A stretch of DNA of 63,833 bases, counting the filler, from Octopus bimaculoides (lineage: Eukaryota), in NCBI RefSeq assembly GCF_001194135.2. It is 6 parts of 6 records of this genome, joined end to end, with 100 filler letters (N's around TTAATTAATTAA, not from the genome) between each part and the next. Parts side by side here need not be neighbours in the genome. Positions count along the whole stretch, not along the records: positions 1 to 23,865 come from NC_068982.1; positions 23,966 to 27,378 come from NC_068985.1; positions 27,479 to 38,560 come from NC_068991.1; 3 more parts are not named here. One strand, 5' to 3'. The position numbers and the translations under genes were made by a program. Of the stretch, positions 12,976-28,110 are shown piece by piece (position 1 is the first letter of the stretch; each line of letters opens with the position of its first letter). The notes under the pieces were generated by a model. That model worked only from the letters and a program-made list of their open reading frames with translations. It was not told the DNA's origin and did no database searches.

Positions 12976-13494
12976 CTAGGCGAAGGAACAGAAACATTTC
13001 TATCAAGAACTAAGAAAGTGCCCACAAACTTATTATTATTATTATCATCATTGTTATTATTATTATTGTTGTTGTTGTTATTAAGAATTAATATCATTGT
13101 TATTGTTGTTACTATTGATATTCTCCTCCTCCTCCTCCTCCTACTACTACTACTACTACTACTATCATCATCACCACCACCACCACCACCATTATTATTA
13201 TTTGTTTTTTTTTTCTATGAAGGTGATTATTTGAAATTTTTCGAGTGAGTAAAACCGAAAGAGCGATATTGGAGAGAAGTGCAAGAAGCAGCCATAGATC
13301 ACTGAACAAATTTGTTGGCCATTAAAATGTCAAAGGTTTCTTGGTCGCTGATTTTCATTTATTTATTTATTTATTCATTTGTGCTGTTATACATGAAGGA
13401 GCAGATTTGTGATAGAAAGGTAAAAAAAAAATGTAAAAATATATCAAGAGTAAAAAGAAAAGGAGCGGAATAAGAAAGAAAGAGAAAAATGGAG

Positions 13495-13529
<35 letters not shown>

Positions 13530-13538
13530 AATAGAAAG

Positions 13539-13571
<33 letters not shown>

Positions 13572-13900
13572 GACAGAGAGATATGTAAAGTGTTAGAAAG
13601 TATGTGAAGACCGGAAGGAAACAGTGTTTGAAAGCAACGACAACGTTAACACCAACAACATCGACACCAATAACAAGAACTTATAACAGTACAGCAACAG
13701 CAACAGCAACAATAACAGCTACAACCACAGCAGCAACAACACCAGCAGTAATAGCAACAACAACAAAAATAGTAATAGTCCTTTCTATTATAGGCACAAG
13801 GCCTGGATTTTGTGGGGGGGGGGGAGGATAGTCGATCGCATCGACTCCAGTACTCAAAATAATAATAATAAAAATAGCAATAATAATAATAATAATAATA

Positions 13901-14030
13901 ATGCCCGGATACAGTACCATGCCCGGATGCAGTACCAAGCAGTGGCTCTCATGGCTTCTGATCTTAATTGATTGGAAGTGTTATCATGTACATTGTTTTG
14001 TCTTAGTATAAAAGATGGGTTACAGCAAAT
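13901..14030 (+). mobile_element. Repeat family D fragment flanked by (AAT)n, with an 18-bp head duplication
   Basis: atgcccggatacagtacc atgcccggatgcagtacc...gggttacagcaaatat between AAT arrays. Family assignment is partly from recall. Confidence 0.55.
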
Positions 14031-14509
14031 ATAATAATAATAATAATAATAATAATNNNNNNNNNNNNNNNNNNNNNNNNNNNNNNNNNNNNNNNNNNNN
14101 NNNNNNNNNNNNNNNNNNNNNNNNNNNNNNNNNNNNNNNNNNNNNNNNNNNNNNNNNNNNNNNNNNNNNNNNNNNNNNNNNNNNNNNNNNNNNNNNNNNN
14201 NNNNNNNNNNNNNNNNNNNNNNNNNNNNNNNNNNNNNNNNNNNNNNNNNNNNNNNNNNNNNNNNNNNNNNNNNNNNNNNNNNNNNNNNNNNNNNNNNNNN
14301 NNNNNNNNNNNNNNNNNNNNNNNNNNNNNNNNNNNNNNNNNNNNNNNNNNNNNNNNNNNNNNNNNNNNNNNNNNNNNNNNNNNNNNNNNNNNNNNNNNNN
14401 NNNNNNNNNNNNNNNNNNNNNNNNNNNNNNNNNNNNNNNNNNNNNNNNNNNNNNNNNNNNNNNNNNNNNNNNNNNNNNNNNNNNNNNNNNNNNNNNNNNN
14501 NNNNNNNNN

Positions 14510-14568
<59 letters not shown>

Positions 14569-15139
14569 GGGCTAAAACAGCAGTAACATCGTCCTTTGTA
14601 GGACTGCCACACCGTCCTTTTTAGGACTGCCACATTCTGTTTGCATATAAACTTCACTATTCGGTATTGTTACTGTATCAAAGATTTAAAACAAGTTGTT
14701 TTTCTCTATACGAGATCAGTGACTGTGTGTCGCTTAAAGAATATATAGTATTTGCGAGTGGCAGCCTTGCAAGAACAAAGGCGCTTGAAACCATAGTCCT
14801 CAACCTGAAAGTCCTCTAGAAGAAATTATTCAGAATCCTGTCTTTGTTATGATTCTTCGTGTTCCTCTTGTTGTTTTTAGTTTTCTTGTTGCCGCTAATA
14901 AGGTTATCTCTGGTTACGTTCGACGTTTCCTTGACATTTAAAACCTTTCTTGGATTGTCAGTTTTACCGGTGTTAACGTCTTTATCTTTTCCTCCTCACA
15001 CTGCAAATCTCAAATCAGCTATGTACATTCCTTGCTTTGGAAAGCTTCCTAAAACTATGGCATTGACATATATATACAAAAGTTTGGTGGTTTCTTTATA
15101 TAGTCTATATTCCAGACAACGTCAAGCCCCAATAGCCTC

Positions 15140-15480
15140 CCAATCTGAATTAAGTACCTTAAAAGATCCTTCCTACAGGACAGTAATGATCCTCAAGAAC
15201 GATCCAACAGACAATCGGTCATATGTTTACAGGAAACTTATAAACTGCTCTCAAAACGAGATAACACCAGATATATACTTCCTTATGTTATCTCTCAGTC
15301 GAAAGAATGCATAATGTTTCTCCATATTGGAAAGTGCTCCCTCTAACTACAGTTTCGAGGACACAGAAATCCTCACTAATTGCTATATAACAAATATTTC
15401 ATATCTCTTCTTGGACAAAATCCTCACGCAAAGTGGCATCCCCTCTTATGCCTCATTATTCAAAATTATTTTCCTACCAA
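15140..15480 (+). mobile_element. Degenerate Penelope-like element RT fragment
   Basis: LKDPSY...LKNDPT...EITPDIY...ILTNC...ISYLFLDKIL...GIPSY follows the PLE RT N-terminal motif order (DPT; ISNC; IS.FLD; PSY). Confidence 0.5.
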
Positions 15481-15781
15481 GAAGTGGTTCATATGAACAC
15501 CTCTCTATGGTTCGCAACAACAGCAAAAACTGTGCTTTTGCAGTTGTTCTTTCGTAATGTTTCTATCAATCAAATTTTACAAATTTTAACACGTTTTCTG
15601 GTTCCTCTCCCTCAATGTTCGCGAGCCATCACATGTTTTTGTTTTCTCATTTGTTTTAGTTTTCGATAAAGTGAAGATTCAAAGAGAGAAATAAACTTTG
15701 TTGATGTCTACTCACGATGAAGCTCTAAACACTAGTTCAGTTAGCAAGGGTATTTATTCCACCACCTTAATTAACTAGTAC

Positions 15782-16025
15782 TGTAAAGTTATCATGATCC
15801 CAATTGTAATGGGAGCCTCAGGGGCAGTGGCAAGACGTTTGAATAGTTGATTGAAGATGTTTGATATTGAGGTGATTTCCTTCATTCTACAGAAAGTCTG
15901 TTTAGCACAGCATGAGTTGAAAGAAAGGTGCTTGATTCGCAAAGGCTGGAGGAGCAACTTGATACCTAGCAATCCAATACGGCAGAATAATGTAATGTTT
16001 ATTGAACAAGAATAATTATTATTTC
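15782..16025 (+). mobile_element. R4/Dong-like LINE extreme 3' end with AAT tail
   Basis: KVIMIPIVMGASGAVARRLNS*LKMFDIE...LQK, paralogous to 32120-32230; ends cggcag-aataat. Confidence 0.6.
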
Positions 16026-16321
16026 TAATTTGAGTAAAAGACAAGTAATTTTGATGGGAGAGGTAATTCGAAATCATTGACATCAGTACTCGACTGGTAT
16101 TTTATTTTATCAATTCTGGAAGTATGTAACGCAAAATTGATCCCGGCGGGAGTAGAACTTCTTAACAAATACTGCAAAAAATACAGGCTATCTACTTTTT
16201 GAGTTCAAGTCCCACCGAGGACAACACTAATTTTGAATCGATTAAATATAGTATCAGTCAAATGATGGGATCAATAATACCGATTAACACTCCCCCGCTC
16301 CAAAATGGTTTACTATTACTA

Positions 16322-16751
16322 TTGAGTGAGAAAGCAGCGCATACCAACAAAGTGATACTGAGATAAAATATGCGAAGCCCAATATACCCATCATGACTAC
16401 CTGTCTGATAAGGCTACACCAGGCACATGTATCATAACTATATGATGATCTCATATAAAGAATAGCGCATGACCTTGCAGGTGGGGCCCAGTTAGAATTT
16501 TCTTCAGGTTGAGTAGCCCATCCCGCTCAAGGTCCCTGAATAAGGTTTCTTTAAGGATGATGAACAAAACACCCATATTTCTAGAGATGAATTATTCAAA
16601 TCCCAATGAATTCCTCTCAACACATGGCTATGATGCTCCCCCACTACTTCTGCTCGTGATCAGAGATGCACATATCGTCAGTCATATATTTTGCTCAATA
16701 CCACCAATTTGCTTGTCAGTTGTTTGATCTTAACCAGTTGAGCATGTCCCT
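16322..16751 (-). mobile_element. Repeat family D (AAT-tailed non-coding retroposon) with an apparent inverted 5' segment
   Basis: 16322-16600 is colinear with 21657-21952. 16686-16751 appears to be the opposite-orientation continuation. Confidence 0.7.
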
Positions 16752-16758
16752 ATAATAA

Positions 16759-16980
16759 TGAGGCGAGCTGGTAGAATCATTAGCACGCCGGGCGAAATGC
16801 TTAGCGGTAGTTCTGCAACCGCTACGTTCTGAGTTCAAATTTCATCGAGGTCGAGTTTGCTTTTCGTCATTTCGGGTTCGATAAATTAAGTATCAGTGAA
16901 ACACTGGTTTCGATATAATCGACCAGTCCCCTCCACCAAAATTTCAGGCTTCTGCCTTTAGTAGTAGAAAGGATTATTAT
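16759..16980 (+). mobile_element. SINE family C
   Basis: gaggcgagctggtagaatcattagc...gagttcaaat...gggttcgataaattaagta...gattattatt tail. Confidence 0.85.
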
Positions 16981-17220
16981 TAAGGCGGAGAGTTGGCAGA
17001 ATCGTTAGCACATCAGACGAAATGTTTGGCAGTATTTTGCCCGTCGCTATGTTCTTAGGTCAAATTCCACCGAGGTCGACTTTGCCATTCATCATTTTCG
17101 GGGTCGATAAAATAAGTACCAGCTGAACACTGGGGTCGATGTCATCGACTCCTCACATCCCCCAAAATTGCTGTCCTTGTTGCAAAATTTGAAACGATTA
17201 TTATTATTATTATTATTATT
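16981..17220 (+). mobile_element. SINE family C (tandem second copy)
   Basis: Same head, body and (ATT)n tail as the preceding copy. Confidence 0.85.
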
Positions 17221-18035
17221 ACATGTTTGACTTTTGCTTTGTGTTTGTATAAGTTGGCTCCAAGTCTCACCCAGAAACCTCATGAGACAACAAGTTAGAA
17301 GTTCATGTTTGTGTTATGCCTAGAATGTCATATATTTGGTTTTGAAAATAGTATTGTTCTGGAGAATGTTTAAGAAAACAAGAAATTTATGAGTTTGTTT
17401 TAAAATTTGAGATTACATAGACAGAATTTTACGTAGGATATGGGCAGTTTTCATGATCTCTATTTTTTTTAATTTCTGCCATTTTGGGATTTTTCGGTAT
17501 CTGAGCTAGGTAGGAATCAGCCCATTTTGCTATTATTCCTAGGGCAGCTATGACAACAGGTATTATTTTAGTCTTCAGGTTCCACATTTTCCCAATTTCT
17601 ATTTCAAGATCTTTATACTTGCTCTATCATGCCTGTTAAACCCTTCTGTTTCTAATTTTAAGCCACGAGACACTAACCACTGATGGGTAAAGGCTTTGTC
17701 AACATCGGCATTATTGGGTATTTGCCATTGAGAGGTTTTTCTTGCTATTTATCAGAAATAAGTTTTAGCACGGGTTTTCATACGCTTAGTTTTTTCTGTA
17801 CGTGTTTCTAGTACGTCTAATTCTGAAATTTGTTGTATTTGGAATTCACTTAGATAATCCTTTGCCTGTCTTGTTACTTAGTATGACGCTTCCTTCTTTT
17901 CATACTTTGGGCCAAGTTTTAATATCCAGTCATCAGATTTGTTCAGGTAGGTGTCTTGGCCAATCGTGGCAATCTTCATTGTTAATTCCAGCTGTAAAAG
18001 TTCACGGTCACCCTCTTTTCTTGGCAGGTAAAGTC
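17198..18035 (-). mobile_element. R4/Dong-like LINE 3' fragment, internally deleted, with (AAT)n tail
   Basis: LYLPRKEG...KPLNGKYP...THQWL...GLKLETEGF joined directly to SKYKDLEIEIGKMWNLKTKIIPVVIAALG...TAHILRKILSM*. Confidence 0.85.
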
Positions 18036-18922
18036 ATGAAGGGTGCGTTGTCAGGGCTAGGATGCGTGCTCTAAGGAACGAAGGTGTTGGAGCCGCGCGA
18101 GAGGCTCGGGTGGCGGAGGCGCAACAGGGCAACAGAGCCACCATTCGGTCTCTGGTGGACGAACAGGGGCGCGAACTGCTCGAGCCGGGCAAAATGTGTG
18201 AGGCCTTTCAGCGGCACTTTACTCGACTGTTTGGGACGAGTGGCGAGCGATANNNNNNNNNNNNNNNNNNNNNNNNNNNNNNNNNNNNNNNNNNNNNNNN
18301 NNNNNNNNNNNNNNNNNNNNNNNNNNNNNNNNNNNNNNNNNNNNNNNNNNNNNNNNNNNNNNNNNNNNNNNNNNNNNNNNNNNNNNNNNNNNNNNNNNNN
18401 NNNNNNNNNNNNNNNNNNNNNNNNNNNNNNNNNNNNNNNNNNNNNNNNNNNNNNNNNNNNNNNNNNNNNNNNNNNNNNNNNNNNNNNNNNNNNNNNNNNN
18501 NNNNNNNNNNNNNNNNNNNNNNNNNNNNNNNNNNNNNNNNNNNNNNNNNNNNNNNNNNNNNNNNNNNNNNNNNNNNNNNNNNNNNNNNNNNNNNNNNNNN
18601 NNNNNNNNNNNNNNNNNNNNNNNNNNNNNNNNNNNNNNNNNNNNNNNNNNNNNNNNNNNNNNNNNNNNNNNNNNNNNNNNNNNNNNNNNNNNNNNNNNNN
18701 NNNNNNNNNNNNNNNNNATAGAGCGGGTAGTTAAGGAACCTGGCATGGGTGGGGCCCTGATCAATTTAGATCAATCGAAAGCTTTCGATAGGGTAGACCA
18801 TCAATACTTGGAGGCTGTCCTCATGGCGGCCGGCTTCGGTCCCATTTTCCGCGGCTGGATGGCTGCCTTGTATAGGGGCATCCGTTCGGTAGTTCGTCAA
18901 GACCATTCGACATTGCACGAGA
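18034..18922 (+). mobile_element. Tx1/L1-clade LINE ORF2 fragment (spans a gap)
   Basis: GCVVRARMRALRNEG...KMCEAFQRHFTRLF; GGALINLDQSKAFDRVDHQYL...GFGPIFRGW. Confidence 0.88.
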
Positions 18923-21655
<2,733 letters not shown>

Positions 21656-21656
21656 G

Positions 21657-21951
21657 AGTGAGAGAGCATTGCATGCCATCAAAGTGACACTGGGGTAAAA
21701 TATACGAAGCCCAGTATACCCATCATGACTACCTGTCAGATAAGGGTACACCAGGCACATGCATCACAACCGTAGTTGCGCGGCATGATGATCTCATATC
21801 AAGATAAACAGCGCATGACCTCGAAGGTGGGGCCCAGTTAGAATTTTCTTCAGGTCGGGTAGCCCATCCCACTCAAAATGTCCCTGAATAAGGTTTGTTT
21901 AAGGATGTTGAGCAAAACACCCATCTTTCCAAAGGTGAATTATTCAAACCC

Positions 21952-21952
<1 letters not shown>
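21657..21952 (-). mobile_element. Repeat family D copy flanked by (ATT)n on both sides
   Basis: gagtgagagagc...gaattattcaaacccc, colinear with 16322-16600. Confidence 0.8.
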
Positions 21953-22014
<62 letters not shown>

Positions 22015-22098
22015 CATCATCATTATTATTGTTGTTGTTGTTCTTGCCTCAAGGGACAATATTTATTCAAAATGTGTAACAAAAATGATTATAAATAT

Positions 22099-22290
22099 AG
22101 GCGTAGGAGTGGCTGTGTGGTAAGTAGCTTGTTTTACCAACCTCATGGTTCCGGGTTCAGTCCCACTGCGTGGTACCTTGGGCAAGTGTCTTTTACTATA
22201 GCCTCTGGCCGACCAAAGCCTTGTGAGTGGATTTGTTAGACGGAAACTGAAAGAAACCAGTCGTATATATGTATATATATATATATATAT
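22099..22290 (+). mobile_element. SINE family A head with Pol III A and B boxes
   Basis: A-box-like TGGCTGTGTGG (22110-22120), B-box-like GGTTCAGTCCC (22154-22164); runs into (AT)n and a gap. Confidence 0.9.
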
Positions 22291-23797
22291 NNNNNNNNNN
22301 NNNNNNNNNNNNNNNNNNNNNNNNNNNNNNNNNNNNNNNNNNNNNNNNNNNNNNNNNNNNNNNNNNNNNNNNNNNNNNNNNNNNNNNNNNNNNNNNNNNN
22401 NNNNNNNNNNNNNNNNNNNNNNNNNNNNNNNNNNNNNNNNNNNNNNNNNNNNNNNNNNNNNNNNNNNNNNNNNNNNNNNNNNNNNNNNNNNNNNNNNNNN
22501 NNNNNNNNNNNNNNNNNNNNNNNNNNNNNNNNNNNNNNNNNNNNNNNNNNNNNNNNNNNNNNNNNNNNNNNNNNNNNNNNNNNNNNNNNNNNNNNNNNNN
22601 NNNNNNNNNNNNNNNNNNNNNNNNNNNNNNNNNNNNNNNNNNNNNNNNNNNNNNNNNNNNNNNNNNNNNNNNNNNNNNNNNNNNNNNNNNNNNNNNNNNN
22701 NNNNNNNNNNNNNNNNNNNNNNNNNNNNNNNNNNNNNNNNNNNNNNNNNNNNNNNNNNNNNNNNNNNNNNNNNNNNNNNNNNNNNNNNNNNNNNNNNNNN
22801 NNNNNNNNNNNNNNNNNNNNNNNNNNNNNNNNNNNNNNNNNNNNNNNNNNNNNNNNNNNNNNNNNNNNNNNNNNNNNNNNNNNNNNNNNNNNNNNNNNNN
22901 NNNNNNNNNNNNNNNNNNNNNNNNNNNNNNNNNNNNNNNNNNNNNNNNNNNNNNNNNNNNNNNNNNNNNNNNNNNNNNNNNNNNNNNNNNNNNNNNNNNN
23001 NNNNNNNNNNNNNNNNNNNNNNNNNNNNNNNNNNNNNNNNNNNNNNNNNNNNNNNNNNNNNNNNNNNNNNNNNNNNNNNNNNNNNNNNNNNNNNNNNNNN
23101 NNNNNNNNNNNNNNNNNNNNNNNNNNNNNNNNNNTTGTATAAATATACGTTAGAGTTATCTCCCTTCTTTCAATGCCTTCCCATTATTAATACTATTTAT
23201 TTTCTCTTTATATTAACTATGATGGCGTAGCTTGTGCTTTTTTTTAAAAAATAAAAATATTAACTGATTGTTTCATAACAACTATTTAAAAAAAAGTCGT
23301 AACTCATCTCTCTCTTCATATTTTTCAGTCTCCTATACATCTTAAGCGTACCGACATATTTTTCCAAACTTTAGATATTCGGAATTATTATTATTTTTTT
23401 TTTGTTTTTCTCTTTTCATTTACTTTGGTGAATCTTAACACGAAACGATACATCTTCCCTAAGTAATTTAGATTTAAGCTGAAATGAAAATTATAACATC
23501 CCGCCACACACACATACACAGACACACACACACACACACACAACATTATATTATACTTACGTAAGTCTGTATCTGCATATACGTGTAAATGTGTGCGAGT
23601 ATGTGTATATGTGTGTAAATACGTATGTATGTTTCTATCTATCAATCTATCTACCTCTCTCTCTCTCCGTGTTTACATATATACATATCTGTATAAATTT
23701 GTATGTATGTATGTATGTATGTATGTATTATGTATCTATGTATGATGTATATGTATATATGATGTATATATGTATGATGTATATATGTATGTGTGTG

Positions 23798-23865
<68 letters not shown>

Positions 23866-23965
23866 NNNNNNNNNNNNNNNNNNNNNNNNNNNNNNNNNNN
23901 NNNNNNNNNTTAATTAATTAANNNNNNNNNNNNNNNNNNNNNNNNNNNNNNNNNNNNNNNNNNNN
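23866..23965. other. Artificial scaffold linker 44N-TTAATTAATTAA-44N
   Basis: Exact 100-bp pattern repeated five times in the window. Confidence 0.95.
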
Positions 23966-24297
23966 ATGAAAACACATGAGGGTAGAAATTCCAGACACCC
24001 TAAATACCAACCGCCTTCTGCGACCTGTGGCATATGTCACAAGGTTTGTAAAACAATACCCGGACTTAAGAGACATATGCTGGCTCACAGAAGCGTTTCC
24101 TTAGAATCAGATACCAGCGGGCAAGGATCGAGAGGCCTGGACATTTGTCATCTGTGCTGTAGACCTTGTCGCTCAGCAGCCGGACTTCAAAGTCACTTGA
24201 GGGCTCACCAACGGAGTGACTGTACTGCGTGATGATATGTGTGGATTGTTGATGGGATGGCTATCGTCTGTCAAGATGGAGCAGTCGTCATATATAT
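23966..24297 (+). mobile_element. RTE-like LINE 3' end with two C2H2 zinc fingers and (AT)n tail
   Basis: CGICHKVCKTIPGLKRHMLAH and CHLCCRPCRSAAGLQSHLRAH, stop, short 3' UTR ending gatggagcagtcgtc(at)n. Confidence 0.7.
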
Positions 24298-24399
24298 ATT
24301 CAGTTACATGAGGAATTAAAGTACTTTGCATATAATATAAGCTATATAGAATAGTAAGTTAGTGTGATACATGGAGTTAGTATACTATTCTATGAATAT

Positions 24400-25165
24400 C
24401 CCTGCCTAATTAGTCAAACCTCATCATGGTTTTAGTAATTAATTCTATTTATCCCTTTCTATAGTGTCCCACCCTCCTGATCATATTATTATTTTTATAA
24501 AGGCCTTTATGTAAGAAGCCCTCCTAATTAAGTACCCCTAAGAAACTATATTATCACGTATGTATTAATACTGGAAACTTTTAAAACTTATATTATACCT
24601 CTCAGTTTATAATTAAATATATAGTTAGCATATTCCATAGCCTCAATATTCCTCTAGTAAATGCCAGGTATCAGTCTTTATAGATACCACCTAATAAGTA
24701 AATAAATAATTTTAGTTTAAATGATTGAATTATTAAACAAATTCTATATAATCTTCTCTTCTCTTTTGATGATAATAAGGTATATATACTTCATCATAGT
24801 TTCTAGTGATTAAACTATTTATTCCTTTCTATGGTGTTGTACCCTACTGATCATATTATTTTTATAATAAACTTTATGTAAGTAAACCTAATTTTTGTAT
24901 CCCTAGAAATTTATATTAGCTTATGTATAACAGCACCGGTAACTTCACAACTTATAATATCCCTCTAAGATTATAATTATTATATTGTTAGCATGTTCTA
25001 TCGCCCCAGTATTCCTTTATTGAATACCAGTGATCAATCTTCATAGTTACCACCTAATAAGTAAATATTTAAGTATAATGAATAAATATTAATTTAAGTC
25101 CATGTAATTTTTTTCTCTCTCTATCGTTGTAAATTTTGGTATATACTCAAAATTATTCAAAAAAT
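24400..25165. repeat. Diverged AT-rich tandem duplication, period ~363-370 bp
   Basis: Anchors tcatcat 24421/24791, ctgatcatattatt 24477/24847, ccacctaataagtaaata 24687/25050. Confidence 0.8.
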
Positions 25166-25664
25166 TATTCTTTTTGGTTATGATATTTTATCTTTATGAT
25201 ATTTTATCTTTATACAATATAACAATATTGTTTAAATTATTCAACTATAGTACTCCATGATAAATATTTCCCCTGCATTATCATCACTGGTAATTAACAT
25301 CTTGTTTTAAGATCTTCCTTTACCAAACCTCATTATAGTCAGTTACTTTATACTACTTCAAAATAATCTTGACAAGTTTTATGACTATGCCCACTGTGAT
25401 TCTATCAACTCCCTAATGCCCTTTCCTAACAGATAGTGCTCTATAGTCTTAGATTTCAATATACAACGATTTGATAAACAAGACTTTCAATCAAAACTGA
25501 CCCAAAAATCTGTGACAAGCTAGATCCCTAACATGCTTCTTTTTTCCTGATGTCCTAGTAGCTTCTAAGCTGAAGCGAAAACAGCATGGACTTTGTCTAC
25601 TTACTCTCTTAGAAGATTTAAGTAAAATTATACAAATGTGTCCGACTGACTAAATTAACTCTAT

Positions 25665-25699
<35 letters not shown>

Positions 25700-25912
25700 C
25701 GCAGCTGAGTATAGCTCTGCATTTAAATTGATGTAAAGATTGCATTGTTGAATTAATTGGAACCGCTTGAAACGGTCGTACTGCATTACCTCTGGATATC
25801 CTGTTGCTTATTNNNNNNNNNNNNNNNNNNNNNNNNNNNNNNNNNNNNNNNNNNNNNNNNNNNNNNNNNNNNNNNNNNNNNNNNNNNNNNNNNNNNNNNN
25901 NNNNNNNNNNNN

Positions 25913-25955
<43 letters not shown>

Positions 25956-26416
25956 ACACACCCATATATATAATTAAAGCAGCATCCGCGCCAAGCAGTG
26001 TTTAGGTATAAGCGAACTTTACATAAGTTAAGCATGTTTGTGACATATTTCAACTTCTAATGGCAAATTCACTGCAGTTACCTTGGAGAAAAAAAATTCT
26101 CTCTTATGGTAAAAAAGTGTAAGAACATCACATCTGTCCAGTGCTCCCCGCTGTCGAATTCCCAGACGCGTCTGTAGCTCTTTAGCCGTTATCAGTTGAA
26201 AATACCGAAGAAAGGCAACTCTTTAATTATATTCGTAGCCTTAACTAAAACACAGTCGACAACATTGACTTGCTTTACACCAGAAAAAAATTACAACAAT
26301 AGCAACGTCAAACAGTATTTATGTAAAAGCGAACTTTAGGTTAGTTAAAACGTGTTTCTGATATATAATTTAATATAACAAGATATAATACTTATGTTTT
26401 ATTAATGACATATCTA

Positions 26417-26479
<63 letters not shown>

Positions 26480-27337
26480 ATATGCATACATATATTTATG
26501 TGTGCATACACACTCGTGTGCGCACACACAGACACAGACACAGACACGCACACACGGACACAGACACAGTCACGCACACACACACACACACTTAAATGTC
26601 AGACGATGAAAATGAGTGCTCAACATCGCATTGATGGATATAATTTCTTTATTTGTGAATTAAAGCTACCATTCGTTTCATGTTAAGAAAAGTAGGAAAA
26701 TATCATAGTATCTTAACAATTTTTCAAGCCGATCACATGGAAAAAGACGTTTTTATATATGCATACGCACACGCACATATATATGATAGCGTTTCTTCAT
26801 ATGTGTGATCGCAAGTGTGTGTTGTTTGTGCGTGTGTTTGTGTGCCACATGTATTTGTGTGTATGACTGTTTACTTGCATAAATAACAGGATAAGAAAGG
26901 ATGGAAGTGGAGGAACAGAGAAGTTATATATAAGGCAAATATTTGTAAATCCATGTGTACGTTAGCATTTCATTGCGCACGCCCGTGTATTTGTATATAT
27001 ATGTGCTTATGTATCTCTATATTTGGCATTTAACATTCACTGAAGTACAGATAAGGTGTGTAACATATCTTCATATGTTCTCAAATAATTGAAGTAAATG
27101 TATTAGCGATCTATAAAAATTGCCGAACTGTGCTTTATACCCAACAAATTATCAAGTTATCTGATCACTTCATATCAAAATCTACAGATATATTCTTGCC
27201 AGTCGAATGCTAAGATATTTAATATTTTTATCTTTTGCAATAATAATAACCCGCACAAAAATACGACAAACATTTCTCCCACTTGAATGCGTGTGTAATA
27301 CATACATACATACATACATACATACAAACATACATAC

Positions 27338-27378
<41 letters not shown>

Positions 27379-27478
27379 NNNNNNNNNNNNNNNNNNNNNN
27401 NNNNNNNNNNNNNNNNNNNNNNTTAATTAATTAANNNNNNNNNNNNNNNNNNNNNNNNNNNNNNNNNNNNNNNNNNNN
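27379..27478. other. Artificial scaffold linker
   Basis: 44N-TTAATTAATTAA-44N. Confidence 0.95.
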
Positions 27479-27549
<71 letters not shown>

Positions 27550-27779
27550 GCGCATGTGTTTGTCTCTCCCACTCTCTCCACCTATATACATACATAAATA
27601 ACATCCACGAACACAATTGCGCATATTCATACGTATACATGCCGAGTATAACACACATGCATAACACAACGTGCGTGTACGACTACGATCGATTGATTAT
27701 ATTGGTGCGTAATTACTTATAGGTAAATAATATACATGCATATCTGCATCTATATATTTCCCTTTCTACCTCTCCCTCA

Positions 27780-27814
<35 letters not shown>

Positions 27815-27892
27815 CAGTCCCTCTCTCCCTCTCTCTCTCTCTCTCTCTCGCAATCCCTCTCTCTCGCAATCCCTCTCTCTCACCCACAATCC

Positions 27893-27923
<31 letters not shown>

Positions 27924-27931
27924 TCTCGCTG

Positions 27932-27978
<47 letters not shown>

Positions 27979-27981
27979 AAT

Positions 27982-28110
27982 CTCTTTTATCCTTTTAAAA
28001 ATTGTTTCAGTCATTAGACTGCGGCCATGCTGGGGCATCGCATTGAAGGGTTTGAAGTCGAACAAAGTCGATCTCGGTACTTGTTCTCTAAGTCTGGTGC
28101 TTGCTCTATC
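27982..28110 (-). mobile_element. SINE family A 3' tail fragment
   Basis: gtttcagtcattagactgcggccatgctgggg matches the reverse complement of the family A tail. Confidence 0.7.

Noticed and set aside
12895-13242. Plus-strand micro-exon candidates KINQFGIAELTF and GDYLKFFE
   Set aside because: They are phase-incompatible with each other and have weaker signals than the adjacent minus-strand candidate.
24300-25250. Ciliate-code (TAR=Gln) contaminant ORF
   Set aside because: The homologous frame in the second unit has TGA and a frameshift, TGA-free runs of this length are expected by chance, and it is contiguous with host repeats.
25250-25600. Possible decayed CR1/L2 APE endonuclease (SIVLDFNI)
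   Set aside because: Only one weak motif is present; not supportable.
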